A program made the position numbers and the translations under genes. Positions 9,787 through 20,294 of a DNA stretch of 64,000 nt are shown piece after piece (positions within the stretch are counted from its first letter, which is position 1; every line of letters begins with the position of its first letter). Under the pieces are notes generated by a model. The model was given only the letters and a program-made list of their open reading frames with translations, was not told the DNA's origin and ran no database searches. Source of the DNA: an uncultured Gammaproteobacteria bacterium (GTDB taxonomy: Bacteria; Patescibacteriota; Microgenomatia; CAYXHB01; CAZYTL01); NCBI GenBank assembly GCA_964650355.1, contig CAZYTL010000001.1:85552-149551 (forward strand), given 5' to 3'.

Positions 9787-11559
9787 ATGAAACCAAATAA
9801 AAACCCTTCGAATCAGGAACTTGCAGAAATCCTTCGAGCTGTAGCTGCTGCACTGGAAGTGAAAGGGGCCAGTCAGTTTCGCACCATTGCTTACCAACGG
9901 GCAGCAGATAGCATTGAACACGCGACTTCCGAAGTCAAAGATCTCTGGGACGACCACCAATTAGGACAGCTTCCGGGAGTGGGGGCCAGTATTGCCAGTC
10001 ATTTAGATGAAATCTTCAGGACAGGCAAATCTAATCATTTTGAACAGGAACTCAAAGGTTTACCTCCAGGTATGTTTCCTTTACTCGAAGTCCCGGGGAT
10101 CGGACCTAAAAGCGCCTACAAACTTAGTTTGACTTTAGGTCTTACCCGGGCCCATTCTGCCATCAGTAAGCTAGAAAAATCTGCTCAACAAGGGGAAATT
10201 AGAAACATTGAAGGGTTTGGAGAAGAGAGTGAAGCCCGGATTTTACAGGGCATTGAAGAGTTAAAAGGTCGGAGCAACCGGATCTTGCTTCACAAAGCTG
10301 ATAAAACCAGTTCGGAACTGATCGACTATCTGACTAAGTTACCTCAAGTAAAGGCTGCTTATCCTTTAGGCAGTTTAAGGCGGCGGGTTTCTACTGTGGG
10401 AGACATTGACATTGCCGTAGCCTCCAGCGACCCCACCGGGGTGATCAAATACTTCACTAAATATCCCGCAGCTAAAAGAGTAGTCGAGGCAGGAGACGTG
10501 TCAGCCACCATTCTTTTGCCTGATAATATTCATGTCGATTTATTAGTTCAGGACCCACAAGGTTTTGGTAGCTTACTGCAACATTTCACCGGCTCAAAAC
10601 ATCATAATATCCACTTAAGAGAAATTGCCCAAAAGCAAGGCTGGTCTCTATCTGAAAAGGGGATCAAAAAGGTGAAAACGAAGAAATTAACCACCTTCAA
10701 CACCGAAGAACAACTCTACGCTTTTTTTAAGATGGACTATATCCCTCCTGAATTACGGGAAGACAATGGCGAGATTGAAGCTGCTCAAAAAGGTAAGCTC
10801 CCCCAACTGGTTGAGTTAACTGACATCAAAGGCGATCTGCATGTGCACTCGGATTTTGACATCGAGCCGTCTCATGATCTAGGACTGAGCAGCATGGAAG
10901 TGATGATCACTCAGGCACAGCAACTTGGCTATCAATATTTGGGATTCAGCGAACACAATCCCAGCATGTCGCAACATAAAGACCAGCAAATCACTGATCT
11001 GGTTAAGAGGAAACAAGAGACAATAGCTAAGTTAAATGAAAAGCATGAAAAAAATGAAAAGACTGTGAAAATACTTAACGGGTTAGAAATTGATATTCGC
11101 CCGGATGGCAAATTATCCATCCCGGAAAAGGCGTTTGATTATCTGGACTTCGGTATCGCTTCGATCCACTCCAGTTTCCGTTTAAACAAACAAAAAATGA
11201 CTCAACGCATCCTTGATGGTTTAAATCATCCCAAAATTAAAATCCTCGGCCACCCCACCGGCCGAGTTCTGAACGAAAGAGAAGGCTATGAATTAAACTG
11301 GGACAAAATATTCGACTACTGTCTTAAACATCATAAGTGGGTGGAAATTGACGCCTGGCCGGATCGTCTTGATCTTCCCGACTCCCTGGTCAGAGAAGCT
11401 GTTAATAGGGGAGTGAGACTAATCATCGACAGCGATTCCCACCAGGTGGATCACATGCAGATGTTGAAATACGGAGTTTCCGTAGCTCGCCGCGGCTGGG
11501 CAGAAAAAAAGGATGTCATCAACACGTTAACTTTTGCACAATTAATAAAGTTAATCTGA
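9787..11559 (+). CDS. polX: DNA polymerase X with PHP domain
   Basis: HhH motifs, GSLRR, GDIDI, FTGSK, GDLHVHS, SDSH. Confidence 0.95.
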   Translation: MKPNKNPSNQELAEILRAVAAALEVKGASQFRTIAYQRAADSIEHATSEVKDLWDDHQLGQLPGVGASIASHLDEIFRTGKSNHFEQELKGLPPGMFPLLEVPGIGPKSAYKLSLTLGLTRAHSAISKLEKSAQQGEIRNIEGFGEESEARILQGIEELKGRSNRILLHKADKTSSELIDYLTKLPQVKAAYPLGSLRRRVSTVGDIDIAVASSDPTGVIKYFTKYPAAKRVVEAGDVSATILLPDNIHVDLLVQDPQGFGSLLQHFTGSKHHNIHLREIAQKQGWSLSEKGIKKVKTKKLTTFNTEEQLYAFFKMDYIPPELREDNGEIEAAQKGKLPQLVELTDIKGDLHVHSDFDIEPSHDLGLSSMEVMITQAQQLGYQYLGFSEHNPSMSQHKDQQITDLVKRKQETIAKLNEKHEKNEKTVKILNGLEIDIRPDGKLSIPEKAFDYLDFGIASIHSSFRLNKQKMTQRILDGLNHPKIKILGHPTGRVLNEREGYELNWDKIFDYCLKHHKWVEIDAWPDRLDLPDSLVREAVNRGVRLIIDSDSHQVDHMQMLKYGVSVARRGWAEKKDVINTLTFAQLIKLI

Positions 11560-11565
11560 TTTAAC

Positions 11566-11802
11566 ATGTCTCTGAAGGTTCTAAAATTCATTTTAGTCTG
11601 TTTATTAATCCTCTTATTTTTGCTGGGAATAGCTATTTTAAACAGACATTTCGATCTTGTTCGCTTTACCTGGAGAACGGAAGATGAACTAAAAATCACC
11701 CACGAAGTAAGCATGATTTTTTGTGACTATACAGGTATTTGGGTGAAGCGACTCCATCCTCTGATCAGAATTGTACTTGTTAAAAGATGTACCTTTATTT
11801 AA
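11566..11802 (+). CDS. Small hypothetical membrane protein
   Basis: Fills the polX-maf gap; N-terminal TM. Confidence 0.4.
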   Translation: MSLKVLKFILVCLLILLFLLGIAILNRHFDLVRFTWRTEDELKITHEVSMIFCDYTGIWVKRLHPLIRIVLVKRCTFI

Positions 11803-11811
11803 GATACCAAT

Positions 11812-12387
11812 ATGAGGAAAATCGTGCTGGCTTCAGCTTCCCCTAGACGGAAACAAATTTTCGCTTTAACCGGACTTAAATTTGAAATAGACCCTAGTGA
11901 ATATGAAGAAGACTTAAGTTTGAACCTGCCACCCAAAGAATTAGTTATTCAAATGTCACAGGGCAAGGCCAAGCAAGTAGCCAAACATCATCAAAACGCC
12001 ATTGTTATCGGTGCCGACACCGTGATCGTTTACCAGGGGGAGATAATCGGAAAGCCTCAAACACAATCCAGAGCCAAACAAATACTATCAAAGTTAAGCG
12101 GCCAATCTCATTCAGTGATTACCGGTTTTACCATCATAGACACCGCCAATAATCAGACAGTCGCCCAAGCTATAGAAACCCGGGTGACTTTCAAACAGTT
12201 ATCACCCGAGGAGATAATTAGCTATGTGGAATCAGGTGAGCCACTAGATAAGGCCGGTGCTTATGCAATCCAAGGCCTCGGGGCAGTGCTGATTGAAAGG
12301 ATAGAAGGCGACTATTATAATGTCGTCGGTCTACCTCTCTGTGCCCTGGTAAACCAGCTTAAAAAACTTGACATTTTTGTTTTATAA
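11812..12387 (+). CDS. maf: Maf family nucleoside triphosphate pyrophosphatase
   Basis: LASASPRR, GADT, DKAGAYAIQG. Confidence 0.95.
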   Translation: MRKIVLASASPRRKQIFALTGLKFEIDPSEYEEDLSLNLPPKELVIQMSQGKAKQVAKHHQNAIVIGADTVIVYQGEIIGKPQTQSRAKQILSKLSGQSHSVITGFTIIDTANNQTVAQAIETRVTFKQLSPEEIISYVESGEPLDKAGAYAIQGLGAVLIERIEGDYYNVVGLPLCALVNQLKKLDIFVL

Positions 12388-12394
12388 TTAACTT

Positions 12395-12568
12395 ATGCAA
12401 AATCCTCCCAACCCTAAAATCATGTTGCTGATTGCTGTTGGACTGGGAGTCGTGATTTTGGCTTTTGTGACCTATATCTACCTCAATTATATTGCCAAAC
12501 CTTCACCGGCCCCGGCTAACCCCAACCCACCAGCAGCAGTTAACCTGACCCCGTCAGCTAATTTTTAA
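12395..12568 (+). CDS. 57-aa single-TM protein with Pro-rich tail
   Basis: Not in ORF track; MQNPPNPKIMLLIAVGLGVVILAFVTYIYLNYIAKPSPAPANPNPP... Confidence 0.55.
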   Translation: MQNPPNPKIMLLIAVGLGVVILAFVTYIYLNYIAKPSPAPANPNPPAAVNLTPSANF

Positions 12569-12618
12569 AATTTAGATATTAGAATATAGAAATTGTCTAG
12601 TAGGGAGGTGAATAAATT

Positions 12619-13209
12619 ATGTTAATCCCAGTATTAGTTGTTCTCGTCTTACTCGCTGCCTACGTCCTGGCCACTTACAACGGTTTTGTGACCATGAAAA
12701 CCAGGATCAAGGCATCTATTCAGGAAATTGGCAATCAATTAAAGCGACAAGCAGATCTCATCCCTAATCTTGAAAGTTCAGCCAAAGGCTATCTCAAACA
12801 CGAAAAGGGAATTTTCAAGGAATTGGCCGATGCCCGCAAGGCCGTGGCTAAAGCTGCCGAATCAGGCAATCTAGACCACGCGGCCAAGGCGCAAGACATG
12901 CTCTCACAGGTGTTGCCTAAACTCCAGGTAGTGGTGGAAAGCAACCCCGAGATTAAAGGTGTCGAAGTCGTTTCCAAGTTGATGAATGAATTGCGTGACA
13001 CTTCGGACAAAGTCATGTATGCTCGTCGCACCTTAATCGACCTGGTGGCTGACTTTAACATCAAGGTCAAGACCATGCCCAGCGCGCTGGTAGCCCAAAT
13101 CTTCGGATTCAAAGAAGAAACCGGGCTGAAGATGGCCGAAGCCAGTGTTGCCGAAGCCACAGAGGTCAAAGCCGAGGATGCCAAGACACCAAAAGTCGAT
13201 TTAAATTGA
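12619..13209 (+). CDS. lemA: LemA family protein
   Basis: YN...QLKRQADLIPNL...YLKHEK; GGAGG SD; upstream of htpX. Confidence 0.9.
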   Translation: MLIPVLVVLVLLAAYVLATYNGFVTMKTRIKASIQEIGNQLKRQADLIPNLESSAKGYLKHEKGIFKELADARKAVAKAAESGNLDHAAKAQDMLSQVLPKLQVVVESNPEIKGVEVVSKLMNELRDTSDKVMYARRTLIDLVADFNIKVKTMPSALVAQIFGFKEETGLKMAEASVAEATEVKAEDAKTPKVDLN

Positions 13210-13213
13210 CTTG

Positions 13214-13316
13214 AGCTTAAAACTCAAAACGCAAAGCTCAAAGCTGCAAACCCAAAATAACAACTTTAATTTTTAAGCTGTGGTTTTGAGCTTTAACTTT
13301 TTAGTTTTAAGTTTTT
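13214..13316. repeat. Long imperfect inverted repeat with ~7-nt periodicity
   Basis: AAAACTC/AAAGCTC-type units versus TTTTGAG/TTTTAAG units. Confidence 0.6.
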
Positions 13317-13320
13317 TACT

Positions 13321-14229
13321 ATGATCAATATCTACGAACAAGTTGATGCCAACAAGCGCAAGAGTTGGCTGATTATTATTCTGTTTATCGCCTTTATCAC
13401 TCTGGTCGCTTATGTATTTTCTCAGGCCTTGGATTACGGCTTGAGTTTTGTGGGTTGGGCCTTAATCCTCTCCGGAATCATGAGTTTCGCCAGCTATTAC
13501 TACTCAGACAAGATTATTCTGTCTTTATCCGGAGCCAGACCAGCCGACCGGGAAAAAGATTTTGATTTCTATACCGTGGCGGAAAATCTGGCCATGGCAG
13601 CCCAAATTCCAGTTCCCAAGTTATACGTGATTGATGATACAGCCCTGAACGCTTTTGCCACCGGCAGAGATCCTGAGCACGCCGTGGTAGTGGCCACCAG
13701 CGGCATTTTGCAGAAATTGGATCGTACCGAACTTGAAGGAGTGGTCGCTCACGAACTATCTCATGTGCGCAACTATGACATTCGGTTGATGTCTTTGGTC
13801 ACCATTTTGGTTGGGGTAGTTACTTTACTGGCGGACTGGTTCTTAAGAATCTCTTTTTGGGGTGGTGGCAAAAAGAGGGAACGGGGAGGCGGCCAGTTGC
13901 AGGCTATCATTGCGGTAGTAGCCATTGTTTTGGCCTTATTGTCTCCATTGTTTGCCAACTTAATCAAACTGGCTATTTCCCGCCGCCGGGAGTTTTTGGC
14001 TGATGCCGCCGGAGTACAACTAACCAAATTTCCTGACGGCCTGGCCAGAGCATTAGAAAAAATCGCCGCTGATACCGAACCGTTGGAAGCTGCCAACAAA
14101 GCCACGGCCCACCTATATATTTCCAACCCCTTGAAAAACCTTCACTCCGGAGTAGGCTGGTTCGCCAACCTCTTCAATACCCATCCCCCGATCGAGGAAC
14201 GCATCGCTGCTTTGAGGCAAATGAGCTAA
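13321..14229 (+). CDS. htpX: HtpX M48 zinc metalloprotease
   Basis: NAFATGR, AHELSH, SRRREFLAD, THPPIEERI. Confidence 0.95.
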   Translation: MINIYEQVDANKRKSWLIIILFIAFITLVAYVFSQALDYGLSFVGWALILSGIMSFASYYYSDKIILSLSGARPADREKDFDFYTVAENLAMAAQIPVPKLYVIDDTALNAFATGRDPEHAVVVATSGILQKLDRTELEGVVAHELSHVRNYDIRLMSLVTILVGVVTLLADWFLRISFWGGGKKRERGGGQLQAIIAVVAIVLALLSPLFANLIKLAISRRREFLADAAGVQLTKFPDGLARALEKIAADTEPLEAANKATAHLYISNPLKNLHSGVGWFANLFNTHPPIEERIAALRQMS

Positions 14230-14238
14230 GTAATTTGT

Positions 14239-14727
14239 ATGTCTGAGACCGAAAAAACAGCAGAGCTTGATTTATCTTCACTTATCTCTGTTGGCACAAG
14301 TTTCCTTGAAGGAAATAATTCTGAGAAAGGAATTGAAGCAGTCACAAAACTGGCTAGCCAGGCAGGGTGGAAGGTAGAAGAGTACCCGAAAGTAAGCTCG
14401 GATGTGGGAAGGTTCATCTTAAAGAATGGGGAAAAAAGGATAGATCTTTTTACTAAGCATGTGGATGATTGTGTAACACTTTATTGGTTTTTGCACGAAC
14501 TATCATGGGGAGAAAATACCAGAAGGGCACAGTCAAGTCCCGATCCGTTTAAATTCTTAAACGAACGAGTGGAAGATATAGCCAAGACCGATATAGCTAT
14601 CGCAGACCAGATACCTGATGCGGAGATCAGAGATTATATTACCCAGAAAAGGCAAGACGTATTAGAAAAGTTGAGGTCCGATCCTAAATTCAGAAAAGAT
14701 GCCATTGACAGACTGCTAAGGCATTAA
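14239..14727 (+). CDS. Hypothetical protein
   Basis: 162 aa ORF, no motif recognised. Confidence 0.5.
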   Translation: MSETEKTAELDLSSLISVGTSFLEGNNSEKGIEAVTKLASQAGWKVEEYPKVSSDVGRFILKNGEKRIDLFTKHVDDCVTLYWFLHELSWGENTRRAQSSPDPFKFLNERVEDIAKTDIAIADQIPDAEIRDYITQKRQDVLEKLRSDPKFRKDAIDRLLRH

Positions 14728-14823
14728 TAACAATTAACAGGGACTTGTTTACTAATTCGTCTATCTGCTTTCCGATTCAGTAATACCTCTCTATTCCAAG
14801 CATGATGAGTTGATTTAATTATC

Positions 14824-15132
14824 ATGGCCAAGCGTTTGATTTTCTATCCGATTTTCATAATTTTCATAATTATTTTTGGAATCTTGGTTAAACAACAAAG
14901 AGAATTGATCATTTCCACATATGAGCCTAGGGTTGGCAATTTTAAAAAATGTCCCAATGGAGACCGAATATTAAGCTGTCCTCCTACTGCATTTGATTGC
15001 CAAGGTTATTCAGTATACACGTCAGATGGTAGGTTAATTTACTCCACCGGAAGTTCGTGGTGGAGGATCAAAGGAAAAAAGACATATCTCTATTACCTCC
15101 GGAAGTTAACTTTCCAGCCTTTTTGTAAATAG
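14824..15132 (+). CDS. Hypothetical membrane-anchored Cys-containing protein
   Basis: N-terminal TM, four Cys. Confidence 0.45.
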   Translation: MAKRLIFYPIFIIFIIIFGILVKQQRELIISTYEPRVGNFKKCPNGDRILSCPPTAFDCQGYSVYTSDGRLIYSTGSSWWRIKGKKTYLYYLRKLTFQPFCK

Positions 15133-15183
15133 ATTGATCAACCTACACTTCTTAATGGCATAAACTTCTGCTAAAATAGCCTC

Positions 15184-15498
15184 ATGGCTAAAAAACGAAA
15201 AACTTCCACCCTTTCTCCTGACGACGTCAGACATGTGGCTGATTTAGCCCATCTTCCCTTAACTGAAGCCGAATTAAAGAAATTTCAAAAACAGCTTTCC
15301 AGTATTTTAGATTACGTGAACCAATTACAGGAAGTGGATACTTCAAAAGTAAAAGAAACTTCGCAAGTTACGGGGTTAAGTAATGTATTCAGATCCGATG
15401 AGGTCGGTGAAGGTCTTACCCAATCTGAAGCTTTATCTAATGCCAAGCAAACCAAAGACGGTTATGTGCAAGTAAAAGCTGTGTTTAACCAAGAATAA
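15184..15498 (+). CDS. gatC: Amidotransferase subunit C
   Basis: VRHVADLAHL...ILDYVNQLQEVDT; operon position. Confidence 0.93.
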   Translation: MAKKRKTSTLSPDDVRHVADLAHLPLTEAELKKFQKQLSSILDYVNQLQEVDTSKVKETSQVTGLSNVFRSDEVGEGLTQSEALSNAKQTKDGYVQVKAVFNQE

Positions 15499-15509
15499 TA
15501 AATGTGTGT

Positions 15510-16940
15510 ATGGATCTCTCAACACTGACGATTTCACAACTCCATCAAGACTACCTGCAGGGCAAGTATTCTGTTACTGAACTGGTTAAAGCTTACCTTA
15601 GTCGGATTAAAAAATATAATCCCCTATTAAACGCTTACTTAACCATCAGCGACAATTACGCTTTAGAGCAAGCTAGAATACTAGATTCGGAGTTACGTAA
15701 CAAGCAAGTACTAATAAAAAAATATCCTTTGTTTGGTGTACCGATTGCCCTAAAGGATCTTTATCTCACAAAAGGAATTCGTACCACCGCAGGTTCCAAA
15801 GTCTTGGAAGATTACATTCCCCAGTATTCATCTACTGCTTGGGAAAGATTGAGAGAGGCCGGGGCAATATTATTAGGCAAAACAAATTTGGATCAGTGGG
15901 GTTATGGCGGTAGTGGCGAAAATTCTGACTTTGGACCAACAAAAAATCCCTGGGACCAAACCCGCGTGGCAGGCGGGACTTCTAGTGGATCAGCTGCCGC
16001 AGTTGCTTCAGATTTATGCCTAGTTGCAGGTGGAACTGACACTGGTGGATCAATCCGTAATCCTTCAAGTTTCTGCGGAGTGGTAGGATTGAAACCTACA
16101 TATGGACGGGTCTCTCGTTATGGAATAATTGCCCAGACGCCTTCGTTTGATTCAATCGGACATTTGTCAAAATCAGTTTGGGATTGCGCCAAATATTTAG
16201 AAGTTACTGCCGGTAATGATAGCCATGACGCGACGACTCCGAAGAATAAGGTCCTCAAATACACTGAAATATTAAGTCGGTCCTTTAATTTAAACCAGGT
16301 TAAAATTGGCATTCCTCAAGAGTATTTTATTAAAGGAATTGATCAAGATGTTGAGAATTCTGTTAAACAGGCGATCAAAACACTGGCAGCGAATGGCGCA
16401 AGAGTTAAGCAGATATCATTACCTCATACTGAATATGGAGTACCAACTTACTATATAATTGTTTTTTCTGAAACTTCTTCCAACCGAGGAAGATATGACG
16501 GCATCCGTTTCGGTCACGATCGAACCTATTTTACCGATGAGGCAAAACGAAGAATTATGCTGGGGACCTTCTCACTTTCAGCTGGGTACTATGATGCTTA
16601 TTATAAAAAGGCAACTAAAGTCAGAACTTTAATCAAGAAAGATTTTGAGGATGCCTTTAAAAGGGTCGATGTGATCATTACCCCGGTAATGCCTACACCA
16701 GCTTTCAAATTTGGAGAACGCCAAGATCCCTTGCAAATGTATTTAGCTGATATCTTTACTGCCCCGATAAATCTTTCAGGCGTTCCAGGATTAGCCGTTC
16801 CTTGTGGATTTTCAAAGAATAAATTGCCAATCGGAATGCAAATCATCGGGCCGCATTTCTCTGAACCATTGTTATTTCAAGTCGGCCATGCTTATCAGCA
16901 GATCACTGACTGGCATACTCGTCGACCCCAATTAGTTTAA
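15510..16940 (+). CDS. gatA: Amidotransferase subunit A
   Basis: Amidase signature GGTSSGSAAAV, TDTGGSIR, RRIMLGTFSLSAGYYDAYY. Confidence 0.96.
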   Translation: MDLSTLTISQLHQDYLQGKYSVTELVKAYLSRIKKYNPLLNAYLTISDNYALEQARILDSELRNKQVLIKKYPLFGVPIALKDLYLTKGIRTTAGSKVLEDYIPQYSSTAWERLREAGAILLGKTNLDQWGYGGSGENSDFGPTKNPWDQTRVAGGTSSGSAAAVASDLCLVAGGTDTGGSIRNPSSFCGVVGLKPTYGRVSRYGIIAQTPSFDSIGHLSKSVWDCAKYLEVTAGNDSHDATTPKNKVLKYTEILSRSFNLNQVKIGIPQEYFIKGIDQDVENSVKQAIKTLAANGARVKQISLPHTEYGVPTYYIIVFSETSSNRGRYDGIRFGHDRTYFTDEAKRRIMLGTFSLSAGYYDAYYKKATKVRTLIKKDFEDAFKRVDVIITPVMPTPAFKFGERQDPLQMYLADIFTAPINLSGVPGLAVPCGFSKNKLPIGMQIIGPHFSEPLLFQVGHAYQQITDWHTRRPQLV

Positions 16941-16947
16941 TCAATTT

Positions 16948-18243
16948 ATGAATCTAACGACCGTTTCTAAAATTTCAGAATTTGTTAACCAATCTGTGAC
17001 TATCCAGGGTTGGGTTTACAATAAACGCTCAAGCGGCTCGATCATCTTCCTGCAATTCCGTGACGGGACAGGCACGATCCAGGGAGTGATAGTTAAAGAC
17101 AACGTGACTAAAAAAATATTTGAACAAGCGGATAAGATCACTTTTGAATCTTCGGTGGCCCTAACCGGCCAGGTAACAGAGGATAAACGCGCGCCCAGCG
17201 GCTACGAGCTCCAGATTGAAGATGTGAAAGTTATCCAGTTGGCCCCGGATGACTATCCTATTGGCAAGAAGGAGCATGGGGTAGATTTTCTGCTCAATCA
17301 CCGACATCTATGGATCAGGTCGCACACGCAATGGGCCCTGTTAAAAATCAGGTCTACGATTTTTCAAGCGGTAGAGGATTTTTATCAACAAAACGGATTC
17401 ACCAGGTTTGATACCCCGGTAATTTCACCAAGCGCTTGCGAAGGTACCACTACATTGTTTGAAATAGATTACTTCGGAGACAAAGCTTACCTTTCCCAAT
17501 CAGGTCAGTTGTATCTTGAGTCAGCCATTGCCAGTTTGGGTAGAGTATATGATTTGCAACCGGTTTTCCGGGCTGAAAAATCAAAAACCCGCAGGCATTT
17601 AATCGAATTTTGGATGACTAATGCAGAAATCGCTTATTGCGATTTAAATCAAATAATGGAAATTCAAGAGCAAATGATTATTTACTTGCTACAAAGAGTC
17701 CTGAAAGACTGTGCCAACGAACTAAATATCATCGAGAGAGATATTAGTTTATTAAAAAAAATCAAACCCCCTTTCAAAAGAGTTACTTATCTTAAGGCCA
17801 TAGAACAACTCCATAAGCTGGGTTCTGATATCAGAGCCGGAGATGACTTCGGGAATGACGATGAAACACTACTTATGAATCACTATCAACAGCCAATTTT
17901 TGTCACCCACTATCCTGCTGCAGTCAAAGCCTTTTATATGAAGCGCGATCCGCAAGAATCAGATAAAGCCCTGTGTTGTGACCTGCTCGCTCCTGAAGGT
18001 TACGGGGAAATCATTGGCGGAAGCGAGCGTGAAGACGATTACCAGGTATTGCTATCATCAATGGAGAGACATCAACTTCCCGTCAATGATTACCAATGGT
18101 ACTTGGATTTGAGAAAATACGGTAGCGTTCCTCATAGCGGATTCGGATTAGGCATTGAGAGACTAGCTGCCTGGATCTGTGGGCTAAAACATGTCAGAGA
18201 AACCATTCCTTTTCCTCGGCTGTTAAACCGCTATTATCCTTAA
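16948..18243 (+). CDS. asnS: Asparaginyl-tRNA synthetase
   Basis: LSQSGQLYLE, FRAEKSKTRRHLIEFWM, GEIIGGSERE, YGSVPHSGFGLGIER. Confidence 0.92.
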   Translation: MNLTTVSKISEFVNQSVTIQGWVYNKRSSGSIIFLQFRDGTGTIQGVIVKDNVTKKIFEQADKITFESSVALTGQVTEDKRAPSGYELQIEDVKVIQLAPDDYPIGKKEHGVDFLLNHRHLWIRSHTQWALLKIRSTIFQAVEDFYQQNGFTRFDTPVISPSACEGTTTLFEIDYFGDKAYLSQSGQLYLESAIASLGRVYDLQPVFRAEKSKTRRHLIEFWMTNAEIAYCDLNQIMEIQEQMIIYLLQRVLKDCANELNIIERDISLLKKIKPPFKRVTYLKAIEQLHKLGSDIRAGDDFGNDDETLLMNHYQQPIFVTHYPAAVKAFYMKRDPQESDKALCCDLLAPEGYGEIIGGSEREDDYQVLLSSMERHQLPVNDYQWYLDLRKYGSVPHSGFGLGIERLAAWICGLKHVRETIPFPRLLNRYYP

Positions 18244-18288
18244 AATATCTAATTTATTTAACTATCCGTTCCTTTTAACTATTTAATC

Positions 18289-19686
18289 ATGAAACCATCT
18301 CAGTATTCTTATCTCCCTATCATCGGCTTGGAGATTCACGTCGAGCCCAAAACCAAATCAAAAATGTTTTGTGGGTGTGACGCCCATCACTTTCAAGTGA
18401 AACCCAACACCCACACTTGCCCCGTGTGTCTGGGCTTGCCCGGTGCATTACCAGTACCCAACCAAACCGCCATTGAAGCTTGTGTGAAGTTGGGTCTGGC
18501 TTTGGGATGCAGCATTAACAAATTTTCTAAATTTGACCGGAAAAATTATTTCTATCCGGACTTGCCCAAGGGTTACCAGATTTCCCAGTATGACGTCCCC
18601 TTTTGTTATCAGGGAAAATTCGAGTTCGCCATTCATGACGCCAAAGAATTGGCCCAACAGAAAGAATTGGCTACTAAAACGGTCGGCATCACCAGGGTGC
18701 ATATGGAAGAAGACACCGGCAAATTAGTACACGCCACAGTCAAAGGCAAAAAAGTGACCTTGGTAGACTTTAACCGGTCAGGCGTGCCCTTAATTGAAAT
18801 CGTGACCGACCCTGACCTCCGGTCAGCCGCAGATGCCAAAAGGTTTTTGAAGTGGTTAAGCCGCACCATTCAATTTCTGGATATCTCTGATTGTGACATG
18901 GAAAAGGGCAGCATGCGGTTGGAAGCCAACGTTTCGGTTAAAAAGTTTAAAAATCCCAATGAGATACTTAAGAACGAAAATTTGCCAAAGTATAAAGTAG
19001 AATTAAAAAACATTAATTCGTTTAGATTTCTGGAAAAAGCGGTTGAATATGAAATCGAGAGACAAACCGAATTGCTAAAAGAGGGTAATACCCCGATTCA
19101 AGAAACCAGAGGCTACAACGAAAACAAAGGTGTGACTTTTTCCCAACGCACCAAGGAGGAGGCTCAAGATTACCGCTACTTTCCCGAGCCGGACATTCCT
19201 CCGGTGGAATTCAAGCAGCGAGAAATAGATGGCCTCAAATCTCAAATTCCCGAATTGCCATTAGAAGCGGCCGAGAGATTGATTAAAAAGCACCAAATCA
19301 GGCCTGACTACGCAGAGTTGCTCTGTTCAGAGAGGCAAACTCTATCTAAATTTGAACAGCTGCTCAAACTTCTGCCTCAGGACATTAGCGCTAACGATGC
19401 AGCTAAACAAATCATCAACCAAAAAGTTAATCTGGTCAAACTCAACCCAGAGGAGATCCTTAAGAAAATTAACCAAGCCCGCGCCAAGTTTACCATTGAC
19501 GAAAAAGAGTTAGCCCGAATCATTAACCAAGTACTTCATGAAAATCTCCAGGCAGTCGTGGATTACCAGGCAGGTAAAACCAATGTCGTCGGCTTTCTTA
19601 TCGGCCAGGTAGCCAAAGCTACCAAAGGTCAAGCCGATCCCCAGTTAGTGAAACGACTCTTGGAATCAAAACTGACATCACCTTAA
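18289..19686 (+). CDS. gatB: Amidotransferase subunit B
   Basis: IGLEIH, FDRKNYFYPDLPKGYQISQ, DYRYFPEPDIP. Confidence 0.97.
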   Translation: MKPSQYSYLPIIGLEIHVEPKTKSKMFCGCDAHHFQVKPNTHTCPVCLGLPGALPVPNQTAIEACVKLGLALGCSINKFSKFDRKNYFYPDLPKGYQISQYDVPFCYQGKFEFAIHDAKELAQQKELATKTVGITRVHMEEDTGKLVHATVKGKKVTLVDFNRSGVPLIEIVTDPDLRSAADAKRFLKWLSRTIQFLDISDCDMEKGSMRLEANVSVKKFKNPNEILKNENLPKYKVELKNINSFRFLEKAVEYEIERQTELLKEGNTPIQETRGYNENKGVTFSQRTKEEAQDYRYFPEPDIPPVEFKQREIDGLKSQIPELPLEAAERLIKKHQIRPDYAELLCSERQTLSKFEQLLKLLPQDISANDAAKQIINQKVNLVKLNPEEILKKINQARAKFTIDEKELARIINQVLHENLQAVVDYQAGKTNVVGFLIGQVAKATKGQADPQLVKRLLESKLTSP

Positions 19687-19743
19687 ACATCCACTAACAA
19701 AAGAAGATTTATCTTGTCCTGAGAAGATAACGACAGTGATATC

Positions 19744-20211
19744 CTATTTATTATTCGTAAAACTTCCTACTTCTGGTTTAACGATTTGTAAATAATCCTT
19801 GCTCTTCATGATCATTGATCTGGTGTGCACGCCGGCATTAAAGCAGATTTGTTTCTCCTTTAACAACTGTTCTTCTACATAGGTTGTCAAGCCCAATGCT
19901 TTACCGATTGGCGGAATTGCCCCGACTTCAATCCCGGTGATTTTAGTTACCTCTTCAGGAGTTGCAAAACGCAAATCTTTAATCCTCTGCCACCGCTTAA
20001 ATTCCTTAACATCCAATTTGGTAGAGCAGGGGAGCACAATCAAAATCGGTTGTCCATCAGCCACACACACCAAAGCTTTGGCTCCTTGATCAGGCGACGT
20101 GCCTCTGATTTTTGCCGCGTCTTCGCAGGTATGCACCCGTTCATGATCCATTACCTGATATTGGATTCCGGCCTGGTCCAGAAGCTGTTTGATTTTATTA
20201 AAAACATCCAT
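19744..20211 (-). CDS. YbaK/ProX-type aminoacyl-tRNA editing protein
   Basis: GAKALV, GAIPPIG, FNAGVHTRS; probable start MDVFN. Confidence 0.88.
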   Translation of the reverse strand: MDVFNKIKQLLDQAGIQYQVMDHERVHTCEDAAKIRGTSPDQGAKALVCVADGQPILIVLPCSTKLDVKEFKRWQRIKDLRFATPEEVTKITGIEVGAIPPIGKALGLTTYVEEQLLKEKQICFNAGVHTRSMIMKSKDYLQIVKPEVGSFTNNK

Positions 20212-20226
20212 AAGCCAATCTTCACC

Positions 20227-20291
20227 TAACACGTATCACGTAGCAGAAATATTAAATATTATTTGTTACGTGTTATGTGCTACGTGTTACG
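20227..20291. repeat. Heptamer tandem repeat with inverted partner
   Basis: TGTTACG TGTTATG TGCTACG TGTTACG (20264-20291) versus TAACACGTATCACGTAGCA (20227-20245). Confidence 0.75.
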
Positions 20292-20294
20292 TGA

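Noticed and set aside
12368-12388. TTGACA and TATAAT at the end of maf
   Set aside because: Spacer is only 9 nt
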